A model generated the notes under the pieces. That model worked only from the letters and a program-made list of their open reading frames with translations, ran no database searches and had not been told where the DNA came from. A stretch of DNA of 63,692 nt, filler included, from Octopus bimaculoides (Eukaryota), in assembly GCF_001194135.2 (NCBI RefSeq). It is 5 parts of 4 records of this genome, joined end to end, with 100 filler letters (N's around TTAATTAATTAA, not from the genome) between each part and the next. Parts side by side here need not be neighbours in the genome. Positions count along the whole stretch, not along the records: positions 1 to 15,849 come from NC_068984.1; 4 more parts are not named here. One strand, given 5' to 3'. Every line of letters begins with the position of its first letter. Position 1 is the first letter of the stretch. Positions 1 to 13,290 of this stretch are shown one piece after another. The position numbers were made by a program, and so were the translations under genes.

Positions 1-289
1 ATATATATATATATGCACATACCGTTCTGACATTACAAATCCATATGAACATGATTAGGCTGCATAGTATAAAGCCTGAGTATTGAGATGTATTATCAAA
101 AACAGTGAGTCCGACATAGACATTTTGTTTCTCCCAGAAGCAGGCTGGAGACTAAATTATCAAATGAAGGACTGTTCCCTGCATAGGAAATCTAGCCACA
201 AGAACAGATGCACAGAAGGAGCTGAAAGATAACTTTAGTAGCAGGTGTATGATGGTAACATACACATACCGACGACGCACTCACGCACT

Positions 290-492
290 TCTATTGGTTT
301 CAAATTTTGACACAAGGCCAGCAATTTCGTGGAAGAGAAAAGTCAATTATATTGACCCTAGTATTCAACTGGTAGTTATTTTATCGACCTCGAAAGGAAC
401 TTGGTGGAATTTTAACTCAAACGTGAAGACGGACGAAATACCGCTAAGCATTTTGGCCGGCGTGCTAACGATTCTGCAAACTCACCGCCTTA
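290..492 (-). mobile_element. SINE family A
   Basis: Reverse-complement homolog of 1168-1385. Confidence 0.75.
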
Positions 493-919
493 AACTAACG
501 CATTTATATTACAGTTTGCAAACGAGTGTAGAAGAAAGTACTCAATATAGGGTGTTTATTCACTTATTATTTTAAAGGAGAGTTTGGTAACTTCGTGATT
601 TTCTGATTGTTAAGTGACTTTTGTGAGTCACCTGAATGATATAAGGTCATGAAACACGAGTATGCATTTATATATAGATAATTATATACATACATACGTA
701 CATACATACATACATGCAAATATGCATTCATAATACATACATACATATATTAGTATAAACATTTATGTATATATACACTTATGTGTGTATACATGTTCGT
801 ATGTAACTATTTACGAGTGTATATTTGAATATTGGCCTTGGAAGATACACACATACATTCATATGTGAATAGCAGGATTATAGATGTTTGTTCTTGAGTG
901 TGTGTGTGTGTGTGTGAAG

Positions 920-950
<31 letters not shown>

Positions 951-1101
951 GAGAGAAGGGAAAGAGATGGGGCTGTGTGTATGTATGCCTGTTTGCATTT
1001 GTTTGTGAATATGCATATTTGTGTGAACGTGTTGCTACATATTAACGTATGTGCGTTTCTGTATATGTCTTTATATACATTTACATAAGCATAGATTTGT
1101 A

Positions 1102-1138
<37 letters not shown>

Positions 1139-1167
1139 TCTTTTATTCTTTTAATTGTTTCAGTTAT

Positions 1168-1385
1168 GAAGGCAGCGAGCTGGCAGAAACGTTAGCACAC
1201 CGGACGAAATGCTTAGCAGTATTTCGTCTATTTTTACGTTCTGAGTTCAAATTCCGCCGAGGTCGTCTTTGCCTTTCATCCTTTCGGGGTCGATAAATTA
1301 AGTACCAGTTGCGTACTGGGGCCGATCTAATCGACTGGCCCCTTCCTCCAAAATTTCGGGCTTTGTGCCTAAGGTAGAAAAGAAT
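1168..1385 (+). mobile_element. tRNA-derived SINE, family A
   Basis: GGCAGCGAGCTGGCAGAAACGTTAGC (A-box-like), GAGTTCAAATTCC (B-box-like), TTTCATCCTTTCGGGGTCGATAAATTAAGTACCAG body; many copies in window. Confidence 0.85.
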
Positions 1386-1394
1386 TGTCATTTG

Positions 1395-1690
1395 ATGGCG
1401 GCCATGCTGGAGCACCGCCTTGAAGGATTTTAGTCAAACAAATCGATCCCAAAACTTATTTCTTTGTAAACCTAGTACTGATTCTATCAGTCCCTTTTTG
1501 CCGAACCGCTACGTTACGGGATTTTAAACATATCAATACTGGTTGTCAAGCAGTAGTGGGAAGGCAAACACAGACACAAAGGTACACACTAATAGATATA
1601 TACATATATATGTTCGACGGGCTTCTTTCAGTTTTCGTCTACCAAATCCACTCACAAGGCTTTGGTCGGCCCTCAACAGTTATGAATCAA
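1395..1690 (-). mobile_element. SINE family B
   Basis: GCGGCCATGCTGGAGCACCGCC, GGTTGTCAAGC, GGGCTTCTTTCAGTTTTCGTCTACCAAATCCACTCACAAGGCTTTGGTCGGCCC. Confidence 0.8.
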
Positions 1691-1824
1691 ATGGTATACC
1701 TGCATGTGTGTGTATGTGTGTGTATGTGTGCCGACGGATCTCTATTTGTACAATATTTCAACGTGTGTGATTGTATGTAGCTGTGATTGTGCCTGCGATT
1801 GTGTTTATGCGATTGCATGTGCTT

Positions 1825-1868
<44 letters not shown>

Positions 1869-2338
1869 CTTGTATATATATGTGCATATATATGTATATA
1901 CATACATGTATATATGTGTTTGTGTGTGTTTTCTACAAATTGGTAAGTGATCCTGATGCACGATCCATGGAGATGATCACTGCTTCATGGTATGTCTCTC
2001 CGACTGACAAGGATCTAAAGTCATCAGGGTTAAAGATCTCTCTCTATGTTTTATATACATGTATGNNNNNNNNNNNNNNNNNNNNNNNNNNNNNNNNNNN
2101 NNNNNNNNNNNNNNNNNNNNNNNNNNNNNNNNNNNNNNNNNNNNNNNNNNNNNNNNNNNNNNNNNNNNNNNNNNNNNNNNNNNNNNNNNNNNNNNNNNNN
2201 NNNNNNNNNNNNNNNNNNNNNNNNNNNNNNNNNNNNNNNNNNNNNNNNNNNNNNNNNNNNNNNNNNNNNNNNNNNNNNNNNNNNNNNNNNNNNNNNNNNN
2301 NNNNNNNNNNNATATATATTCATATATATATGCTTTGC

Positions 2339-2850
2339 ATGCTGATGGAAATTCAGTGTAGATGGGTAGGATATGTTATTCGAATGAAAAATGACTGCAT
2401 TCCGAAAATTCATCTGTATGGCCAACAAGTAGAGGGATATGCGCGGTAAAGGAAGACCTCAGGTTAGGTATAAGGATAAGTTGAAGCAATCACTAAAATC
2501 TCTACAGCTTAACCTGCCATCTTGGGTAAGTCATTGCCTAGATCGATTTGCATGGCGTAGAATGTGTCACGATGCAACCAAACAATTTGAGTTTAAGAAA
2601 AAGAACAATAGAAAATTTATATCCGGCAACCAATTTTGCCCAATTCCAGGCAAAATCAAAATCATCGATGTTCCCATTGCGACTTCGTAGCAAAATCCAT
2701 CCCTGGACTCAAATTACATTCTCGCATCCATCGCAAATAGATGCAGTTTGTTAGTGGTTTTTTTTCGTTTCTTTCTTTCTATTACTCTCTTTAAGTCCTC
2801 TCATTCAAACACTCATACGTCGAACCCGACGGGTGCGACCACCATCATAT
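2339..2850 (+). mobile_element. 5'-truncated RTE (BovB-like) LINE 3' end
   Basis: QCRWVGYVIRMKNDCIPKIHLYGQ...RGKGRPQVRYKDKLKQSLK...DRFAWRR, with frameshifts, then a terminal zinc finger HCDFVAKSIPGLKLHSRIH. Confidence 0.8.
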
Positions 2851-3164
2851 ATGTGTACGTGTATGTATGTGTATGTGCGTGTGAGACCTCATGGATTAGT
2901 TGTTAGGGTGTTGTATTCATACACACACACACACACCAATATATCAGAAAAAATTAATTTGCTAATTATTTGGAATTATGTAACTTATAAAAGAAAATAA
3001 TTGTTAATGTCTAAGCTGTCTGAAAAATAATTTTGAATTCCAGTTTTAATATATTTTTATCAAAATGCAGTTTTGAGGCTTCTTTTATCATTGAATACGC
3101 TTTTATCACAAATCTTATTCAACGTGACATATTCCAGTTTACCGTGGCATAGCGTTTAGTGACG

Positions 3165-3385
3165 TTTCAGTCCATTATTTTGGTACTTAATTTATCGACC
3201 CCGAATGGATGAAAAGCAAAGTCAACCTCGGAGGAATTTGAACTCAGAACGTAGCGGCAGACGAAATACCGCTAAGCATTTCACCCGGCGTGCTAACGTT
3301 TCTTATTTCTTTATTGCCCACAAGGGGCTAAACATAGAGGGAACAAACGTGCCAACGATTCTGCCACCTCGCCGCCTTAGCCTGT
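3165..3385 (-). mobile_element. SINE family A
   Basis: Reverse-complement homolog of 1168-1385. Confidence 0.8.
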
Positions 3386-4284
3386 GAGCAATATCAAATG
3401 AATAGAGGATACACAAGAAAATTAGGCGTAACATAGAAAAATTACGCAAATAGGGAGTGAGGTGTGCAAAACTAATTCAGCAGAAAACCACCTGGAGGGC
3501 GGTCTTTCTGACAGCATATATAATGAGAGAAAAATAAAACATGGTTTGATCTTGGTATTCCTTCATTACATCTGTTTCATACGTTTCGGTATTTCGATAA
3601 CATATGATGTCACACTATAAATGCAATCCTCATAAGATGCACCTCATAAGATGATCGAACGCTTCTTTATGAGTTGCATGTAAAGGCTGCATTTATTGTG
3701 CATCTTTACTGTTTTATTCTTTTAATGGTTTCAGTCGGAGGATTACGGCCATGCTGGAGTACCGCCTTAACTTATTTTCTATCGGATTTGGTGCCACTTT
3801 ATGGCAGGAAGTTGGTCTGTGATTGAATCTGTAGCAGCTGATCGTTATTGAGAATTCTTCAATGATTGGCTAATCCAGTATCGTCGTTTGGAGTTTCTCC
3901 AATGTTTTTTTTTTATATATATATATATATTTCAGTAGAGATTCCTTTTATACTCCTGATTTCTCTCGGTAAACAGTCTAACAGTTGAGGACCTCTAAAT
4001 ATCAAACTGGTACAACAGTGGTTTTGCTCGTGGTTCCGTTAATACTGAAACATATGTAACAGACGACATTGAGGAGTAGCAAGTTCGTTCGAGGCCATGT
4101 TTTTCTCTCTCATTATTGATGTGCTCTTTATATGATGTTGTAGCCCCTCCCCTCCCGCCACGACTGGGCAGACCCCATGTGATCACGCAACGCAACGATA
4201 GGGGTTTTATGTGATTAACATTATGATCCGAAACGGTTTAAATGGCACACACTTAGCACATCCACTCCCACTCTGCTGCTGCTG

Positions 4285-4329
<45 letters not shown>

Positions 4330-4847
4330 TACACATCCTTTGAACTCCAAAACTGCTTTGGACCTTCAGTAGAGAGGGCATGTCATTGATAAGGGTCGCG
4401 AATCTATATGTATGTGTGTATGTATCTAAATATCTATCTTGGGTGTGATTTATGACTGCTATTTCTAGCGAATCGAGTAACCACATAAAGGAAGGGTTGA
4501 AGTTGGTGTGTAAGGTGTGGTGGCGGATGGGTGTGGTTGTGACGGCTGTANNNNNNNNNNAAGTTGGTGTGTAAGGTGTGGTGGCGGATGGGTGTGGTTG
4601 TGACGGCTGTAGAGGTGGTGGTGGTGGTGGTGGTGGTTGAGTCTGCGGTGATATTTACACAATGACGTAAGGTGACAGTATAGGAAGGGTGGATGTGGGG
4701 AGACGCGGGTGGGGAAGGGGATGTCTTTTTGTTTTTGGAGGGAAAGAGCACGTGAGCGCGGAGAGGATACCAATGTGTGTGACTGAGCGCCTTATGATAT
4801 GTATGTATGTATGCACGCATATACAAACATTCACACACACACACACA

Positions 4848-4885
<38 letters not shown>

Positions 4886-4951
4886 AACACACACACACAC
4901 CTATANNNNNNNNNNACACACACACCTATACTTGTGTTCATGTGCTTGTAA

Positions 4952-4992
<41 letters not shown>

Positions 4993-5399
4993 CCTACCTA
5001 AGTTTATATACATACATATATACATCGTAGCGCTCCGTCGGTTACGACGTCGAGGGTTCCAGTTGATCCGGTCAACGGAACAGCCTGCTCGTGAAATTAA
5101 CGTGCAAGTGGCTGAGCACTCCACAGACACGTGTACCCTTAACGTAATTCTCGGGGATATTCAGCGTGACAAGGCTGGCCCCTTTGAAATAAAGTTTAAG
5201 TATATATATTAACTAAATTTAGCTGAAATTGATGGGTGAGCATTTGGACCAATCGGATTCGCAAGGAGCCGTGTTAGTCTTGATTTGTGGGTTCGATTCC
5301 GGTTGGGGTTAGCTCATCATTTTTTCCGTCATGTCTTTGAAGGAAAAAATTTCGCTTCAATTCGGAGAATAAAATATTATTATACAGTTATATATATAT

Positions 5400-5605
5400 A
5401 TAATATGTGACCATGTGTGTATCGTTGGCGATTTTCTTTCTCCGTCTTCCCTTCTTTGGACTTTTCCTATATTTCTGATGAAGAGCTCTGCTCGAAACGT
5501 GAAATCCTCTTTCTTTTCTTTCCTTTCCTGAGCGTCGAATAACACTGTACTTATTCCACGTCCTCGCCTTGTTTTTTCTTGCTTGTTCATGTTTGGATTG
5601 ACACA
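5400..5605 (+). mobile_element. Penelope-like terminal-repeat fragment carrying a hammerhead
   Basis: Hammerhead followed by GAGCGTC, CACGTCCTCG and a T-rich end running into (CA)/(TA)n; same layout as 33720-33950 and 55922-56380. Confidence 0.55.
5471..5505 (+). ncRNA. Minimal type-I hammerhead ribozyme motif (Penelope-like), cleavage nucleotide G
   Basis: ATTT-CTGATGA-A-GAGC(TCT)GCTC-GAAA-CGT-G-AAAT: canonical core, 4-bp stem II, palindromic ACGT stem III, 4-bp stem I. Confidence 0.7.
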
Positions 5606-5725
5606 CACACACACATATATACGTACATATATATATNNNNNNNNNNNNNNNNNNNNNNNNNNNNNNNNNNNNNNNNNNNNNNNNNNNNNNNNNNNNNNNN
5701 NNNNNNNNNNNNNNNNNNNNNNNNN

Positions 5726-5757
<32 letters not shown>

Positions 5758-5764
5758 TGTAAAG

Positions 5765-6050
5765 ATGCGTGGCCTATTGGTTAGGGTGATGCACTCCCTA
5801 TCTAGCAATTGTGGGTTTGATTCTCGGATCGAGCGGTGCATTGTGTTCTTGGGCAAACCACTTCATTTCACATCGCTCCAGTCCACTCACCTGCTAATAA
5901 TTATCCCTGCAATAGACTAGCTTTCCCATCAGGGAGAGTGTTAGCCTGCTTGCCTATCCAACGGGGCAGCTGCATTGGCAAGGTGGAAAAGTTGCAAAGC
6001 GCATTGTGGCCAGTGAGGTATAACGACATCCAATAGTCTGGTCACGATCG
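5765..6050 (+). mobile_element. tRNA-derived SINE (further family)
   Basis: TGGCCTATTGGTTAG A-box-like, GGGTTTGATTCTC B-box-like, TGTGTTCTTGGGCAAACCACTT body; related head at 25681-25870 and reversed at 44345-44445. Confidence 0.65.
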
Positions 6051-6296
6051 CGTGATATATATGTGTGTGGCTGTGTGTGTGTACGTGTGTGCGTGTGTAA
6101 ATGTTTAGGCTTTCATTTTAAAAGTAGTTTAAGAGTAACAACGATATGACCCAGTTCTAAGAGAAGGGTCAAATTTATTTCAAATTTCGTTCTGAATATA
6201 ACTTACAGTCTCACCTAACGGCTTATTCAGCCAGTATAAGTTTTATGGGCTCTGAAGCGAAGTTTTAAGCCCCAATCAACTCAAAACTGATATATA

Positions 6297-6528
6297 CAGG
6301 GTTGGCCAAAAGTCACCTGACAGTAAATCAAGACACCCCCCCACCATTGAATTCCAAGATTTTAGCAAAAAATTACTTTATATGAGACTTCGCTAATAAA
6401 TAGACAAATGTTTCAAAAAACGAAAACTCTCGTGATTTTAACTCCCAGCATTCAATTAATGAACATTCGTAATTAATGAACATTCGTAATTAATGAACAT
6501 TCGTAATTGGAATGATTGGCCAACCCCT
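6297..6528. mobile_element. Tc1/mariner-type MITE
   Basis: TA|CAGGGTTGGCCAA ... TTGGCCAACCCTT|TA (13-bp TIR, terminal mismatch, TA TSD); internal 17-bp tandem AATTAATGAACATTCGT x3. Confidence 0.8.
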
Positions 6529-6539
6529 TATAATAAGCC

Positions 6540-6685
6540 TTTTTACTAAAGGCACAAGGCCTGAAATTTTAGGGTGGAGGGGTCTAGTCGATTAGATCGA
6601 CCCCAGTGTTTCACTGGTACTTAATTTATCGACCCTGAAAGGATGAAAGGCAAAGTCGGCCTCGGCGGAATTTGAACTCAGAGCG
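6540..6685 (-). mobile_element. SINE family A (head truncated)
   Basis: CTGGTACTTAATTTATCGACCCTGAAAGGATGAAAGGCAAAGTCGGCCTCGGCGGAATTTGAACTCAGA. Confidence 0.8.
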
Positions 6686-7683
6686 TGTATGTATGTATGT
6701 ATGTAGGTATGTATGCATGCACAAACGCACGCACACAATAAGACGTAAGCGTTGTGGGTAACTTTGTTTAAGACAATTCATAATGGAGTGTCAGGGGTGG
6801 AGGGTCTTGAAAGTATTGGAACTGCAAAATTCCCGCCACGGAAACCACCACCACCANNNNNNNNNNTTGAAAGTATTGGAATTACAAAATTCCCGCCACG
6901 GCCACCACCACCACCACCATCATCATCACCACCACCGCCACCACCACCACCATCATCATAACCACTATTACCACCACCACCACCACCATCTTCACTCTGA
7001 TATGGTGGTGGTGGTGGTGGTGTTGTAGGTATAGGCGTGACGGTAGTGGAAGTGGTGGGTGTTGTAGGTGGGTGTTGTAGGTGCGTATAAGTTGATGAAT
7101 GACGGTGGAGATGGTGATAAAGGCGTATGTGGTGGTGGTGGTGGTGGTGGTGGTGGTGGTGGCGGTGGAGGTAATAGTGGTGGAGGTGATANNNNNNNNN
7201 NNNNNNNNNNNNNNNNNNNNNNNNNNNNNNNNNNNNNNNNNNNNNNNNNNNNNNNNNNNNNNNNNNNNNNNNNNNNNNNNNNNNNNNNNNNNNNNNNNNN
7301 NNNNNNNNNNNNNNNNNNNNNNNNNNNNNNNNNNNNNNNNNNNNNNNNNNNNNNNNNNNNNNNNNNNNNNNNNNNNNNNNNNNNNNNNNNNNNNNNNNNN
7401 NNNNNNNNNNNNNNNNNNNNNNNNNNNNNNNNNNNNNNNNNNNNNNNNNNNNNNNNNNNNNNNNNNNNNNNNNNNNNNNNNNNNNNNNNNNNNNNNNNNN
7501 NNNNNNNNNNNNNNNNNNAAAAAAAAAACAATAAATAATAATAAATTAAAAAAATAAATGAAGAGCAACAACAACAACAACAACAACAGCAGCAGCAGCA
7601 ACAATAATAATACTAATAATAATGGTAGTGGTACTTATAAAGGGGTAAAAAAATTGCTTTAAAAAAGTTTAAATATCTCCACC

Positions 7684-7735
<52 letters not shown>

Positions 7736-8974
7736 GTATTGTTGTTGGTATTAGCATAAGAACAGTAACACTAATTGTGTAAAAGAAGAGTTTCCACGCT
7801 ACCAACCTCACCCCGTCCCTCCACCAGCACCGTTAACACCAACAAGAGAAGCAGGAACAACAACAACACCAACAATTGAAAGGGGAGATGTGTGACGACA
7901 ATAAGAAGAAATGGGAAGAAAAAAACACGAAAACAAAAAGAACAAAAACTAACAACAACAACAACAACAACAAAAAAGCCCTTTGAAAGACCTTCAACAA
8001 CAACAACAACACTAGCAACACCAAGTTTAACATCGAAAAGCGCCAGTAACTACAACAGCCATGCCAAAGTGAATACGTCGAACAGTAAGAGTCTAACGGT
8101 GAAAGAGATAAGGCGACTGGATCGATTCCTACTGCGGGACATCTTTAAAAATTCGTTGGGGTGGGGGGCTGAGTATAAATACAACACAACACACATACAC
8201 ACACACACACTCACTCACACACATATTTATTTGTGAGTGTGTGTATAATATATATATATTTATAAAATACACACATATATATTATATATATAAATATATG
8301 TAATATAGAAAACGAGAAAGTATTTATACGTGCGTGTATATATATATATATATCAACAGAATAATAAGAACAACAACAACAGCAAAGACAAGAACAACAC
8401 TTACTGGAATATCAATAAGAAGATAAGAGAAAAATGTAAATTAAAAAAACAATAACAACGGAGGAATTTTTGTCTTGAAATCCAAAAGGAAATAGAATCG
8501 TTGTACTTGTGTGTTTTTTTTTTATTTTGGCTCCCCAGGAATATAAAAGAAAAGGAAAACAATATATAAGAAATACAATGCTTTATGAGCCATGTGGTTG
8601 ACAAGTTTGTTTCACAAAACCGATGTTTCCGAGATCGAAACCACTGCACGGCGATATGGTTTGTCAGTTGTCTTCTACTTAGAAACTTAACTTTGGATCG
8701 ACCAATGCCTGCTTTATTGCTTATCTGACGAACAGTTTTTCTTTGTGTTTTACGTTAATTGATAACTCTAACCGCTATCACCACCTCCACCCCCACTACA
8801 ACCACAACCACCATCAACCATCCACACACACACACACACACACATACAACAACAACAATAATAACAATTACAATAACAGAACGCACAGATAAAGCCGCAA
8901 CAAGACCAACAGCAATAACACGCAGAACATTACTTCCGTTATCATCATCATCGTCATCATCCGTCGTTGTTGTC

Positions 8975-9004
8975 TCAATAGTAATAATAATAATAATAAT
9001 AATA

Positions 9005-9035
<31 letters not shown>

Positions 9036-9055
9036 TAGTAATAACAATATTAATA
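8975..9055. repeat. (AAT)n microsatellite just upstream of the MFS start codon
   Basis: Ends about 25 nt before ATG 9080. Confidence 0.9.
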
Positions 9056-9079
9056 AAAGCCTAATCGGAAAGCTCTACG

Positions 9080-9188
9080 ATGGAGAAAACCAAGAAAGCA
9101 ATCCGGGATAATTTAAAATGGAGAGGATTTGTAATAACAGTCGGTGGAATGCTGGTACACATGACTCTGGGTTCCATGTTCACTTTCG
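9080..9188 (+). CDS. Coding exon 1 of an MFS transporter (oxalate:formate antiporter-like / MCT-related family)
   Basis: ATG-initiated MEKTKKAIRDNLKWRGFVITVGGMLVHMTLGSMFTF-G (109 nt) ending at a strong donor G|GTAAGG, phase 1; hydrophobic TM1 ending LGSMFTFG is typical of invertebrate OFA-like MFS proteins. Confidence 0.85.
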
Positions 9189-9282
9189 GTAAGGACAACA
9201 TTTCTGTTTTGTTTTTATTTGTAATAATACATCGTTATTGGCATCCACGAACGAGCACACACACACACACACACATACACAC

Positions 9283-9330
<48 letters not shown>

Positions 9331-10944
9331 NNNNNNNNNNNNNNNNNNNNNNNNNNNNNNNNNNNNNNNNNNNNNNNNNNNNNNNNNNNNNNNNNNNNNN
9401 NNNNNNNNNNNNNNNNNNNNNNNNNNNNNNNNNNNNNNNNNNNNNNNNNNNNNNNNNNNNNNNNNNNNNNNNNNNNNNNNNNNNNNNNNNNNNNNNNNNN
9501 NNNNNNNNNNNNNNNNNNNNNNNNNNNNNNNNNNNNNNNNNNNNNNNNNNNNNNNNNNNNNNNNNNNNNNNNNNNNNNNNNNNNNNNNNNNNNNNNNNNN
9601 NNNNNNNNNNNNNNNNNNNNNNNNNNNNNNNNNNNNNNNNNNNNNNNNNNNNNNNNNNNNNNNNNNNNNNNNNNNNNNNNNNNNNNNNNNNNNNNNNNNN
9701 NNNNNNNNNNNNNNNNNNNNNATACATACATACATACATACATACATACATACATACATACAGACAGACAGACAGACAGACGAAAAATTAAGACTTCTCA
9801 AAACTAGAAAGGAGAAAGCTAATCCATCACTGGAACTGTAAAGATCTGTATAACTTTCCAGAAGTTTATCATATATGAGCATGTCTAGATATGCAACTAT
9901 ATGCATGAGAATACATGTATAAAACGAAGAAAATTCTAACTGGGCCCCTCGTGCAGGGTCATGCGCTGTCTATTTTGACGTGAGGTCACCATGTTGCATT
10001 CATATCCCCAGTGTACCCTCATCAGACGAGTAGTCATGATGGGTATTATGGTCTTCGTAGATTTGTACCCCAGTGTCAACATGATGGCATGTGCTGATCT
10101 CTAATTATCTATCTACCCATATGCAGCCCCCCCACACGCACACACATGCATACACATATGTACATAACTGCACAAATGTATACACCAACATACACACATA
10201 CATACGTGCAAAGCAAAGGTAAACAAATCTTCCGTCGATTTCAATAATGAGTATTTTGGTTGTTTGTTCAAACTCCCTAAAGTCCCCTTTTATATACAAA
10301 GCACTAAGTACCCCACATCCAGCTGCGCCCTTAATGTAATTCTCGGACAAATTCAAGGACTGTTTTATTTCCTGCAACACTGCAAGACATACAACGCAAA
10401 CCTTAGATCTAAAATACATTCAAATATAAACATCTTGTTTTGATATAAAAATTCGTTTTTGTGTGAGATAAATAGAAAGATGGTGCATGCATGCTTCCTG
10501 TAATGTAGACTATTTAATTTAAGTGATGCTTGAATAGTTTGAGCTGTAGGCTGAGGGTTAAGGACCAAGATTTATCGTTGATATACATATATATTTATAC
10601 AATTAATTCATACATGTGTGTGTNNNNNNNNNNNNNNNNNNNNNNNNNNNNNNNNNNNNNNNNNNNNNNNNNNNNNNNNNNNNNNNNNNNNNNNNNNNNN
10701 NNNNNNNNNNNNNNNNNNNNNNNNNNNNNNNNNNNNNNNNNNNNNNNNNNNNNNNNNNNNNNNNNNNNNNNNNNNNNNNNNNNNNNNNNNNNNNNNNNNN
10801 NNNNNNNNNNNNNNNNNNNNNNNNNNNNNNNNNNNNNNNNNNNNNNNNATATATATATATATAAAGTTTTGAACAGAAAGACCACAACAATGACAAAAAG
10901 TTAGACGAAAGCAGAGCAAATGACATATTCCTTATATATATATG

Positions 10945-10975
<31 letters not shown>

Positions 10976-11043
10976 CAATTGAGGGAATGAAGCAAGTAAA
11001 ATCCAGGCTACACATGTTTCATAGCTTGCAGACACACTTAGTA

Positions 11044-11260
11044 ACAAGTTCTCAACGAGGGGCTCTCATCTAAGCTACTCATCAGGCCGAAGACACCTTA
11101 AATAAATGAAGGTTACATTGTCGTCAAATGTAACCTTCATTTAACTAAAATATATTCGGCCTGATGAGTCGCTAGCGGAGTACTCCTCGTTGATGAGGGT
11201 CCAGTAGAATAAAGTAGGAATTAAAGTGGACCCTAGACAGAAAATAGTTGAGAACCACTG
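11044..11260. mobile_element. Fold-back, hAT-like MITE
   Basis: Right end GTTGAGAACCACTG (hAT/Charlie-like TIR), left end CAAGTTCTCAAC; nested internal inverted arms. Confidence 0.5.
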
Positions 11261-12586
11261 CTCTAGAAGAATCCATTCTGCTTCGAGAATTTTGGTCTGG
11301 TCTCCCGTCTGAGGATAACTTGTTTTAAGGGTTTTGGAGACCCTTAAAAGGATTTTAAGGGCTGCCTTTCCTCTTCCAAACAAGCTATAAACAATACTCT
11401 TCAACTCTATTTCAGATTCCCCTGAGTCCCTTTATATTTTGCTGGCAGGGAACAACTTGTCTCATTCTTTATCCCCTTTTGATGTTGTTGCTGTTCTTGT
11501 CCTTGTTTGGCCCCTGGGAAGTTCTATTTGATCAATACATATGATAAAAGGTGTTTCAACCGCGACGCTTCTAAGTTTTTATTTTTCGAACATTGCGTAT
11601 TTGGGGGTTACCTTATCTACACTGTTCTCCCATTTTTGAGAGAGTAGTCGTTATTTGAGTGATACTTAACTGCTATTTTTAACAGAGTCGAGGCTCCATC
11701 ACATGCACTTTGTTGCAATTGTTGTTGCTGTTGTCAGTCTTGCTCGAAGATATTTACTATCAGAAGTATTTCCTGCCGTGACTATTCCGTCTATTTCTAT
11801 ATTAGCGACTACATTTTCCAATGTGTCCTTCCATTTTTAAGACGGAAAGGTGTGATTCAAGGGAAATATTGATTGTTATTTCCAACCAATTGAACGACCA
11901 TGCTATGGTTTCTCTCTTTAGTGGTACTCTTGCTGTTAGTGTTGAGGGTGTTGTCGTTGTTATCTCCAGGTCAGCTTTCATCCAAGGCGTTTCAGCTATA
12001 ACCATCATGTCGGCGATCGTTCATTGTATATACAAACAAACAAAAAAAATGGCAGACGACACACAAAAAGGTAAACAACTGCCACACCATTAAGCAGTAA
12101 ATCCTACTTGATCCCAGCCCTGCAATGTTACACATATATACATATATTTACAATAGAAAGGTTATGTTTCACTCTTAAGTCAGGTATCGCTCTATACATG
12201 AGATTTCAGATTATCTCTTTCCAACTTGCAACAATTCCGCATAACATTTTCATGTCATTCATCCAAACATTTCTGTCCTATAAAAGACTGACCTTTTTTC
12301 AAAAAGGTTATGATTCTCTTTCACTTTTATTCATTCTACAACGCCGCCATTTATATAAGCAAAATGCATCTATGTTTTTTTTTTTAATAAGTAGACTTTA
12401 ATTTGAGAGACACTTTGACTGTTGTTTCCAGCGAGTTGAGTTGTCATGTAAAGACCCTGCTTCTCTTCTGTCTTGTTCTGTTCTGCTTAAATGTAAGCAT
12501 ACGTATTTATTTGCTCTTCCATGTTGGGTTACCCCTTAATAAATCATATGGAGGAAGTTCCTTTGTGAATTTGACAAACTCTCCCC

Positions 12587-12620
<34 letters not shown>

Positions 12621-13124
12621 AATATAATACTTTATGTAGTTACACCTTCATATTTAGTACGTTTATATATTATACAGCTTACGTAATATACCGTTACATA
12701 TTTATGTATACATTTATGTATAACGCCCTTCCAGCCACACAAACAATAACGGATAACATTCGTGGGCCACTTTTTTCGTCGAACAGATCAACCTATCACT
12801 GCACTTTTTTTCTAAAACCTTCACAGGGATGTACAAGCCTGGTGGTCAGGTCCCAACGCTGGATTAAACGTTAAACAAAATAAGCACGTGCTTAGGGCAT
12901 CATGGAAAAGGGGTCACCACAGAAATAGTAAATGGTTTACGGCACAAAAGAAATCACTCGAAACTTGCTAAAATAATATCCGAATTAGTCCACGTGATCG
13001 GAAATGTAATCTCGAAATGTTCATGGTGCCATAGTGAAGATTTCACCTAAGACTTTGCTATTAAAAAGAGTAAAAGGAAACTTTTGAAATAAAAATGAAG
13101 TGGAAAATATTTACTTCTTTATTG

Positions 13125-13290
13125 CTAAACGGAGAGGGGACCATCAAGGGCAAGAAAAGGGTTTAAGTCGATTAAATTGACCCTAGTGTGTAACTAGTAC
13201 TTATTTAATCGACTCCGAAAGGATGAAAGGCAAAGTCGACCTCGACGGAATTTGAACTCAGAACGTGTGATAACGATTCTGCTAGCTCAC
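13125..13290 (-). mobile_element. SINE family A
   Basis: Same GAAAGGATGAAAGGCAAAGTCGACCTCGACGGAATTTGAACTCAGAACG body. Confidence 0.75.

Noticed and set aside
4500-4610. Direct repeat of about 50 bp across a 10-N gap (also 6808-6900)
   Set aside because: Typical unresolved contig overlap or haplotype artefact.
11155-11195. CTGATGAG as a hammerhead core
   Set aside because: No GAAA or stem III follows; it is an arm of the fold-back element.
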